This document shows, one piece after another, positions 14,941 to 25,000 of a stretch of DNA of 64,000 bases. This stretch comes from Macrostomum lignano (lineage: Eukaryota), in NCBI GenBank assembly GCA_002269645.1, contig NIVC01001257.1:263613-327612 (forward strand), given 5' to 3'. Positions within the stretch are counted from its first letter, which is position 1, and each line of letters starts with the position of its first letter. The translations under genes and the position numbers were made by a program. Below the pieces are notes generated by a model. It was not told the origin of the DNA. It saw nothing but the letters and a program-made list of their open reading frames with translations, and searched no databases.

Positions 14941-15392
14941 AGGGAGGGGTGAGACAGCTGGAGGAGGGGTGAGACAGCTGAGAGAGGCATGAGACAGCTA
15001 AGAGTGGGGTGGGAGACAGCTGAGGACAGACAGTGAGACACAGTTGTGAAGGGGTGAGACACAGTTAGGGAGGGGTGAGACACAGTTGGGTAGGGGTGAG
15101 ACACAGTTAGGGAGGGGTGAGACACAGCTGGGGAGGGGTGAGACAGCTGGGGAGGGGTGAGACAGCTGGGGAGGGGTGAGACAGCTGGGGAGAGGTGAGA
15201 CACAGTTAGGGAGGGGTGAGACACAGCTGGGGAGGGGTGAGACACAGTTGGGTAGGGGTGAGACACAGCTGGGGAGGGGTGAGACACAGCTGGGGAGGGG
15301 TGAGACACAGCTGGGGAGGGGTGAGACACAGCTGGGGAGGGGTGAGACACAGCTGGGGAAGGGTGAGACACAGCTGGGGAGGGGTGAGACAC
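14941..15392. repeat. 21-bp (some 19-bp) G-rich minisatellite
   Basis: Unit GGGGAGGGGTGAGACACAGCT. Confidence 0.95.
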
Positions 15393-16499
15393 AGAAGGTA
15401 CATGACAAAGTGGAGGCAGAGATGAGGCGTGAGTAGTGCGGCATGAGTAGTGCGGCGATATTTTTAGTCAGTTCTGTAAAGCTACGCAACTCAAAGGGCA
15501 AGCGCGCGGTTAACTAGGCATCTACAGAGAAGCGCACACGCATAAAAGTACATGAATATATTATAACGCTAGACTGACGCGGTAATTACAAAAATGTATT
15601 TCAACGTTGACACTATACACGCATATATATAACGCAAACGTCAATATTTAAATATTTAAATATGAAACAAAAACACACAAAAAGCTGAGGCGTCAAACAC
15701 CTACTAGCAGACGGACATGAGTCAGGAGGCTAACACGGCAGTTAAATACGGATAAGATTATAAATCTACAAGCGTTTACGGCCGTGTCAGTCTACTGTGA
15801 GTAGTGAGTAGTGAAAAAAAATCATGCAAACATAATATACAATAACGGGACGCAATTCTGAGTTTGAAACCAGGGGGGGGGGGAACTAAAAGCAAGGGCA
15901 TTTACTTCATTCATCACTACTGACCAAAATACTATAGTTAACAGATATTAGGCTAGGCAAAAAAATCGTACAAAGACTTGCATGACTGAGATCGCGCACG
16001 CCAACTTATACACTTCATTTCCGGTTCAGGCGAGAAAGGGCTTGAAAATTGCTTGAAACTGAAAATAATCCAGATACTGATGATTGGCTCATTTTCTAAA
16101 TAACTTCATTAACTGATATTAATTGCAATCTGAAGAACAATTAAAATATACGTGACAAAATCACCTCCTTCAAAGTCTTTTCATACGAGTAGTGTACACA
16201 ACAAAAGTACATTTGGTGAGGTACTTAGTAAGAGTACATTTTGCCGGATGTACTTTTTAAGAGTGCATTTGGCCGATGTACACTGTAAAAGTACATTTAG
16301 CCAATGTCAATTTTTACCCTGTGAACTCGTATACACCAAAAGTACATTTGTAAATCTTTTGGAAAGAAAAGAAAGAAACTGCGAATTATTAAAAAAGAAA
16401 GAAACCTGCAAGCTTCTAAATGGGAAGCACAGCCCGCGAGCCATTCAAATACTCTGGGGATTCGGCACAGGCGGCCATGATGACTGGGGAAGGCTGCGC

Positions 16500-19400
16500 T
16501 CACTTCTGCACTGTTGCTTTCGGATTGGGCGGCAAAGGCCGGCCGGCGATCCCGCTCGTCCGACTGTTGTGAAAGTGGTCCATGGCGACCTGCTGGGGCG
16601 GCAGACGGCCCCGGCTGCTGCTTACAATTATTGGGCCACCGCCGCCAGAGGTCATTCCGGCGCCAGAGGTTGACGCTACGGCGCCGCCAGCGGCGCCGGC
16701 GCCATTCCGATGGTGCAGAGCCAGCATCTGCTGCTGCTGTTGCTGCTGATGGTCGTGACCGCCTCCGCGATTCTTTGCTGCAGCTGAAGTAACGCAGGAT
16801 CCGGTTGGGAGGTGGGGTGAGACACCTCTGGGGAGGGGTGAGATACAGCTGGGGAGGGGTGAGACACAGGTGGGGAGGGGTGAGACACAGCTGGGTAGGG
16901 GTGAGACACAGCTGGGGAGGGGTGAGACACAGTTGGGGAGGGGTGAGACACAGCTGGGTAGGGGTGAGACACAGTTGGGTAGGGGTGAGACACAGCTGGG
17001 GAGGGGTGAGACACAGCTGGGTAGGGGTGAGACACAGCTGGGAAGGGGTGAGACACAGCTGAGGAGGGGTGAGACACAGCTGGGGATGGTGAGACACAGT
17101 TGGGGAGGGGTGAGACACAGTTGGGGAGGGGTGAGACACAGTTGGGGAGGGGTGAGACACAGTTGGGGAGGGGTGAGACACAGTTGGGGAGGGGTGAGAC
17201 ACAGCTGGGGAGGGGTGAGACACCGCTGGGGAGGGGTGAGACAGCCGTGAGAGTACAAAGACAATCGATAACTAAACTAACCGATAGCAGGCTGAGCGGC
17301 CGTCTGGCCAAACTTGAGCATATTCCAGTCAAACACATAGTCGTAGGTGAAGCCCTCCCTGTGGAACAGGTTCCTGAACAGCTGTCTCAGGTAGCTATAG
17401 TCGGGCTTATCATCGAACCGCAGCGATCTGCAGAAGGTGAGGTAGGTGGCGAACTCGCCAGGGTAGCCCTGGCACAGGGCTTCAACTGGGGTTTGCATTT
17501 TTTTCTCGCTGATCCGCTCGTACTTCTGCCGCTTGGTAGCCGCCTTCAGGCCTTGCCAGGGCAGGGCGCCGCGCAGGAAGTACATGAACACGTAGCCTAG
17601 GGATTCCATGTCGTCTCGGCGGGCTTGCTCTGCGGAGTTGCGGGGATAAATGGGATTAACAGCATGCATGCAAGTTTGCAGTTTTACCTACTGCCGTCGA
17701 GAAGGCAAATTTGAGGCTAATGGGGACTGAGGGGAGATGGGGATAAATGGGATGGGGATGAGGGGAATTAGGGATGAAGATGATGAGGTAGATGGGGATG
17801 AGAGGATGGGAATGAGGGAGATAGGCTGAGAAAGAGATGGGGGTGGGGATCATGCTTGGGCGCAACCTAGGGATTCACCCGGCCGTTTCTATTGGCAACA
17901 CACACATGTAAGTCGCTATTGGACGGAATAGTAGTCACGTGACTGCTCTCAGCCAATAGCGACTTACATGTGTGTGTTGCCAATAGAAACGGCCGAGTGA
18001 TTCCCAAGGTTGCGCATGTTTGGTGGGGATATGAGGAAGAGGGAGATGGGGTGAGGTGTAGATGATGCTGAGGAAGAGATGGGGATGAGGGAGAGATAGG
18101 AATGAGGATAAGATGGGAATGAGATAAAAATGGGGATGAGGGAGATGAGGGAGAGGTGGAAATGAGGGAGAGAAGGGGATGAGGGAGAGGTGGGAATGAG
18201 GAAGAGATGGGGATGAGGGAGAGATGGGGATGAGAGAGAGATGGGGATAAGGGAGAGATGGGGATGAGGGAGAGATGGGGATGAGGGAGAGATGGGGATG
18301 AGGGAGAGATGGGGATGAGGGAGAGATGGGGATTAGGGAGAGATAGGAATGAGGGAGAGATGGGGATGAGGGAGAGATGGGGATGAGGGAGAGATGGGGA
18401 TGAGAGAGAGATGGGGATAAGGGAGAGATGGGGATGAGGGAGAGATGGGGATGAGGGAGAGATGGGGATGAGGGAGAGATGGGGATGAGGGAGAGATGGG
18501 GATGAGGGAGAGATGGGGATGAGGGAGAGATGGGGATGAGGGAGAGATGGGGATGAGGGAGAGATGGGGATGAGGGAGAGATGGGGATGAGGGAGAGATG
18601 GGGATGAGGGAGAGATGGGGATGAGGGAGAGATGGGGATGAGGGAGAGATGGGGATGAGGGAGAGATGGGGATGAGGGAGAGATGGGGATGAGGGAGAGA
18701 TGGGGATGAGGGAGAGATGAGAATAAAGCAGTGTGATGCAGGAGGCAAGAGTTACAATACGCAAGCAGACTCACCAATGCCGAGGTGCGTGTTAACGCTG
18801 GCATATCTGGCTGTACCGGTGAGGTTCTTATTCTCCCTGTACGGTATGTGCTGGTGAGTCTTGGAGTCCCTGTACTTCTTGGCCAGACCAAAGTCGATCA
18901 TGTAGACCAAGTTGCCCTTCTTGCCAAGGCCCATCAAGAAGTTGTCGGGCTTCACGTCTCTGAAATGAAATAAATGCACTAGTGGAAATTACAGGCATTC
19001 AACTATCGGATAGACTTTGAATACACGCTCGTACCACCTGCTTTCGTATTGAAATCTACGAGATGAAAATCTAGGAGGTGAATGTAGCGGGATGTGATAA
19101 AATGAAGGAGAATGTGATTAGAATGAAGGAAATGTGATAAAAATACAGAGAATGTGATAAGAATTCAGGGAATGTAAATAAATTTAGGGAAAGTGATGGA
19201 ACCCAGGAAATGTGATGGAATTCAGGAAATGTAATGGAATTCAGGGAATGTGATGATGGAATTCAGGGTATGTGATGGAATTCAGGGAATGTGATGATGG
19301 AATTCAGGGAATGTGATGATGGAATTCAGGGAATGTGATGGAATTCAGGGAATGTGATGGAATTCAGGGAATGTGATCATGGAATTCAGGGTATGTGATG

Positions 19401-20373
19401 GAATTCAGGGAATGTGATGATGGAATTCAGGGAATGTGATGGAATTCAGGGAATGTGATGATGGAATTCAGGGAATGTGATGGAATTCAGGGAATGTGAT
19501 GATGGAATTCAGGGAATGTGATGATGGAATTCAGGGAATGTGATGGAATTCAGGGAATGTGATGGAATTCAGGGAATGTGATGATGGAATTCAGGGAATG
19601 TGATGGAATTCAGGGAATGTGATCATGGAATTCAGGGAATGTGATGGAATTCAGGGAATATGATCATGGAATTCAGGGAATGTGATGGAATTCAGGGAAT
19701 GTGATGATGGAATTCAGGGAATGTGATGATGGAATTCAGGGAATGTGATGGAATTCAGGGAATGTGATGGAATTCAGGGAATGTGATGATGGAATTCAGG
19801 GAATGTGATGGAATTCAGGGAATGTGATGATGGAATTCAGGGAATGTGATGGAATTCAGGGAATGTGATGATGGAATTCAGGGAATGTGATGAAATTCAG
19901 GGAATGTAATTAAATTGAGGGAATGTAATGGAATCCAGAGAATGTTATGCAATCCAGGGACTATTCAAAGTTCTAAGGAAACAACTGACAGACCTGTGAA
20001 TGAAGTTCTTGCTGTGAATGAACTCAATACGGTTCAGCAGCTGGTCAGCCAACAGCAGCACAGTTTTCAGCTTGAATTTTCGACCGCAAAAATTGAACAA
20101 ATCTTCGAGACTGGGCCCCAGCAGTTCCAGCACCATCACATTGTAGTCGCCCTCCGTGCCACACCATTTAACAACTGGCACCCCAATACCGCCCTGCAAC
20201 ATGCGGTAAATTTTGCTCTCAATGTGCAGCTGCGGGTGCTTGGTGCGCACACACTCCAGCTTGATGGCCACCTCCTCGCCATTGGTGACATCCGTGCCAA
20301 GGTAGATGTCGCCAAATGAGCCGCTGCCAATTTTTCTCCCCAACCTGTACTTGTTGCCAACTCGAAGCTCCAT
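16500..20373 (-). CDS. CSNK1D: Casein kinase I delta/epsilon (doubletime-like). Exons 20373-19994, 18959-18775, 17629-17282, 16783-16500; 398 aa if the TGA at 16502-16500 is used.
   Basis: [24 protein letters not shown]|[18 protein letters not shown] and WNMLKF motifs. All three introns are GT-AG and phase-consistent (total 1197 nt). An in-frame stop lies 5 codons upstream of the ATG. Delta versus epsilon cannot be resolved. Confidence 0.95.
16805..17245. repeat. 21-bp G-rich minisatellite in CK1 intron 3; same unit as 14941-15392
   Basis: Unit GGGGAGGGGTGAGACACAG(C/T)T. Confidence 0.95.
17860..18015. mobile_element. 156-bp MITE-like foldback element in CK1 intron 2
   Basis: 63-bp inverted arms (17860-17922 and 17953-18015; 3 mismatches, inner 43 bp perfect). 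Flanked by ATGCTTGG and ATGTTTGG (8-bp target duplication, 1 mismatch). Confidence 0.75.
18030..18720. repeat. 17-bp purine-rich minisatellite in CK1 intron 2 (degenerate units continue at about 17725-17850)
   Basis: Unit GATGGGGATGAGGGAGA. Confidence 0.95.
19195..19912. repeat. 19/22-bp minisatellite in CK1 intron 1
   Basis: Unit GGAATTCAGGGAATGTGAT(GAT). Confidence 0.95.
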
Positions 20374-20657
20374 TTGCTTCTCGAGTCAGTTGATTTCTTC
20401 TTGCGCTTTTAGTGCTTCCTGCCGCTGCTATTGCCCGGATGACAGCTGCCTCTAACAAGTGGAGCTTGGGCATAAATTGATTTTTCAAAACATGTTTTCA
20501 TCACAAGGTAAAAAATGGGAGTAACTATGGCTTTATTTACTAGGTTATTGACTCGCCAGCTAATTAGTAAAATCTACAAACATCAAATATTTGTTTTTGG
20601 TAGAAAGTATGCTTATCTTTTCAATTATTTTTGATTGCTTGTTAGGTGACTTAACAA

Positions 20658-20845
20658 GGGGGTTGTAGACTAGTGTTTAGAGTGCCAGACTCACGACTTG
20701 AAGGTTGAGAGGTTCAATTTCTGATCCTATTAGAACAATTTGTGTCCTTGAGCAAGAGACTTAATTCTGCATTGCTTTAATTCACCTGTAAAATGGGTGC
20801 CAGCATTAGCTAAAGTAATTAAAGGGTGTTTGTGGCAACCCTTCC
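20658..20845 (+). mobile_element. Degenerate tRNA-derived SINE with a CORE/V-like central domain
   Basis: tRNA-like head with an A-box-like GTAGACTAGTGTTTAG and B-box GGTTCAATTTC (20711). Then TGTGTCCTTGAGCAAGAGACTTAA...CCTGTAAAATGGG, resembling conserved CORE/V SINE domains. The 3' end is approximate. Confidence 0.6.
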
Positions 20846-22018
20846 TTCTTAGTCTTTGGATTGAACCACTCTATATAGCTTTTAATTGCAGATCTGGCCT
20901 AATTAGGGCAGGTAGAAAAATAATTATTTTTTTGTGATTAGGCCTAAGCAATTTACTTTCTCTCAATGCTTTTCTAGTCTTAAAACAAGGAAAAAACAAG
21001 GATATTTTATAAACAACTTTTAGACATTTACTAATAGCCATACATTCACAACTGCTAGCTAACCTAGCCAATCTAGCTATCATAAATTGTTATAGACCAA
21101 GGTTAAGTTATAGAATTAAATACTTCTCAAGATATTTTTTGACAATTAAAAAATTTGAAATATCATTTTTAAGTAGGCCCTAAATCAAAACTAAGTTAAA
21201 TTTTTTTGTCAAAACTAAATAAAAATAGTTAAGTTAGTGATAAAAATTTCAAAGATTGCACATACAATGCTAATGACTATCTTAATGTTTTCTTATGCTA
21301 CCCCTTTGGTTTATTATTGCTATCTTATTCTAAAACATCTACATTTTGATCCCTAGATCCTAAAAAGGCTGGACCAAAATGCTAATATTCTAATAATAAT
21401 ATTATCCGCTACTTTATTAGTAGCTTTACCTATTCTATGACAATAGCTCCTTAATGTAATGAAATAGTAAGCAAATTATTAGTGTAGGCACTAGATGCAT
21501 TAGTGCATATGCGGTAGGCCCTAACGGCTACTTAAAATGGCAGTATGAGTAGAGTACTGTTACAATACAACTCGGACACATCCACATCGAAGTGAAGCCC
21601 GTTTTGGGTGATCGCAAGTTTTAAAAATCTTTTTAGACACTTTGTACACCAATCGTGTGATTTCATGCCTCATCTAAAAGCGATAAAAACGAGCTTGTAG
21701 AAAATATTTTTCAATCCGTTATTTTGGCAAAGTTAATTTGTCTCAACCGAAGACCTAATTTGGACTTTTTCGCAGAAAGTCGCAAAAATATTCTCAAAAT
21801 TGTTTATTTAACTTTTAAAATAGATTTCTCTAAGCTTTAGGTGCTTCAGTCAGTAAAAGTCTTTAAGAACTTATAAAAGCAAAAAAGACTTTTGTTTTAA
21901 TGCATGTTACCATAGTGTAAAATCTGCATTTGACTCTTTGGATTTAAAATTATTATATATTAAAAAGTCTCGTATCTTACTGTCTACTTTTCCCAGTTTT
22001 GCAAGAGAACAGAGAAAA

Positions 22019-25000
22019 ATGGCGCACGAGGAGCAGGAAGACGTAGATTTCCAACAGCTAGAGGTGCAAAGCATCATCGGATTTAACGGTATGCTGTTCT
22101 TTTTAACATAATTAAAAAACTATGATTGGAACAAATCTGCTGATCTTAGAGAAATAAATAAATTAATGTAATAATTATAGCCGTAGGGAAAACCGATTTA
22201 CAGATTTTCATTTACAAATTAAATATCAAATCAAGTGTGAGTCCAGTACTCAAGTGGATGAAAAAAGCAGATAATCTATTTATAACTACGTAAAAACTCC
22301 AAATTGAATATTAGAAGTTCAAACTTACCTGCAAAATAATTAAAACATTAGGCTTGTCACTTGGTCTGGAAGAAGTAGAATAATGCAATTAAACTATTAG
22401 ATTAAATTATAGGATTTAGCAATATTCAATTTCAAGGCTTTGTACCAGCGTATGTTGACGTAAAGCAAGTTTTATACGCTTTAAAAAATGTTAAAGGAAG
22501 CGTCCTGGGCGGCTTGAATATCCACCCTGACAAGCAGCACCAGATCTACTCCATCGGATCTACACTGGTGGTGGAGGATCTGCAGAGCAGGAAGCAGGAA
22601 TTCCTGCATGGCCACCACAGCGACATCGCCTGCATCACCATCTCGAGGAGCGGCCGCTTCATTGCTAGCGGTCAGATCACCCATATGGGGTTTAAGGTAA
22701 TCTTTGTTTATCTATTTTGCATCTGTTCTAGCTTAAGAATGTCAATAATTTATACTAAATTAAAATTCTCACTTGCAGGCGGACATTATTGTGTGGGACT
22801 TCAACACTCGCACGGAGTTTGCTCGATTCGTTCTGCACAAGGTGAAGATTCAAGGCCTGGCCTTCTCGCCCAATGACAAGTTCCTGGTCTCCCTAGGTGG
22901 CCAAGACGATGGAAGGTAAGAAACTGAGCATAAAAGTGAGCAAGATAGCCTGTTGCTGAGATCATCTTTCACGGCTAAATTTTTACCCGCAAATCTGAAC
23001 TTTCCAGCGTCGTGGTCTGGTCCCTTGACAAGAAGGAAGCCATCTGTGGAAGTCCGGCTCAGTCGAAGAGTTCGGGCAACACAATGTGCCTGACTTACTC
23101 CAACAACACTGACTACCTGTTTGTGACCGCCGGAGAGTGAGTACTTGCATGCATTTCCATTCAACACCAGGGCCAGGGGGTGTTCAGCGGTGACGCGTTG
23201 AACATTCGCGGCAAAGTGAATGGTAATTGGTCAATGATTCACCCATAGGGGGCCTTCACCCAAGGCCGCTGAGAGTGTGTTTGCCTGACAATGGGGGTTG
23301 TCTGGAAGTGAGAATTCATGGTAATGGCCATAGACAATTTGGCCATTACCATGTTTTCTCACTTCCAGCTAACTTCCTTGGTCAAATTGTCCATCAGGAT
23401 CAGAGTGGGAAGGGGGAATGGGGGTGTAGGGGCGAAGCCCCCACTTACAACCATAGACTATTTTAGTTTACGCTCATAGACTCGTTCGTTTTCTAAAATG
23501 ATATCCCGGTAAATTGCTTTATTGTCTGTTTCAAACAATTACCGGTCATTTCTTGAATGTCATTGCCTTAACGTAAATTACCATAATTTTGAACAATAGG
23601 AAAGTCAGGATTGCTGTACACCCTGCGTGTGCGTGCTGCTAGCTAACCAAATTTAGGATGGACAATTCCGCGACTAGACTATACATGCGCTAAACTATTG
23701 GGTGAGCATGAATCCCTTCATCGCCAACACTTTCACTTAGCAACAACCTGCGCGTATGGGAGCTGGACGTGGAGAACCGCAAGGTTCGTCCCACGGACGT
23801 CGGCACCGGCCAGACTAAGCGCATCATCACCTGCATGTCGCTGACACTGGACGACAAGACCCTGTACTGCGGCACCACCACTGGCGACGTGCTTGGCATC
23901 AATATGGAGAGTCGGCTGTTTCAGCACATCGGCCCGGAGAAGGAGAAATTCTCTCTTGGCGTCACGGCGATCGCCCTGCTGGAGACTGGCGAGTTCCTCA
24001 TCGGCGCCGGCGACGGCACGGTCCAGATCATGCGAGCCAGCGAGCAGGCGGCCCCCGGCGGCAAGAAGGCTCTGAAGTTCGTCAAGACTAAGTAAGCAGG
24101 ACTATATATACTGTTCTTTAGTCTTAATACGATTTTTTAGTCCTAATCTTAATTAGTGGACATTATACATGCAGCTGGATTCGTGTATCGTAAATATTAC
24201 TTTGGCTGAATCACGTGTATTTGGTGCATTGGGTGTATTTGCACTGTAGTACTTGCACTGAACGTCGTACATTTCCGGCCGAAAATTCCAGGAAACAGCA
24301 GAAGTTGGAGAGCGGAGTAACCAGCATCTCGCTGCGCGGTCGCGGTCACGAGTTCTTTGTCGCCACGGAGAAGAGCCAGATCTACAAGTTCAACTTGGCT
24401 GATTTTAGTCACACCTTGGTGAACACGTGCCACTATTCGGCTATCAACGACATTGCCTTCCCATTGTGAGTGACTTATTTTTGTTACATATTGCAGTTGT
24501 TTTACTTCTTGTTTTTTCTTTCTCTGGTTGTACTTTTTTATTGTTAGCTACCCGTATCAGCTTTATTATATTTTGCTATCTTATTATTGCGATCTGTCAC
24601 ATTTATTTGAACTACTTTAGAATCGAGGCGAGGGTAGCGGAGCTTAATGAAGGAGAAGGGTAATGAAGGGTAGCAGAGGCTCAATGAAGATTGGGGTGGG
24701 GTAGCGGAGGCTCAATGAAGGATTGGGGTGGGGTAGCAGAGGCTCAATGAAGGATTGGGGTGGGGTAGCAGAGGCTCAATGAAGGATTGGGGTGGGGTAG
24801 CAGAGGCTCAATGAAGGATTGGGGTGGGGTAGCAGAGGCTCAATGAAGGATTGGGGTGGGGTAGCAGAGGCTCAATGAAGATTGGGGTGGGGTAGCAGAG
24901 GCTCAATGAAGATTGGGGTGGGGTAGCGGAGGCTCAATGAAGATTGGGGTGGGGTAGCGGAGGCTCAATGAAGATTGGGGTGGGGTAGCGGAGGCTCAAT

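Noticed and set aside
23303-23325. miR-7 (starts UGGAAG)
   Set aside because: Only six bases match; the seed continues UG rather than AC and the rest is unrelated.
23657-23701. 45-nt candidate cassette exon in CFAP52 intron 4 (TTTAG...G|GTGAGC)
   Set aside because: Contains an in-frame TAA and would leave a 39-nt intron, much shorter than any other here.
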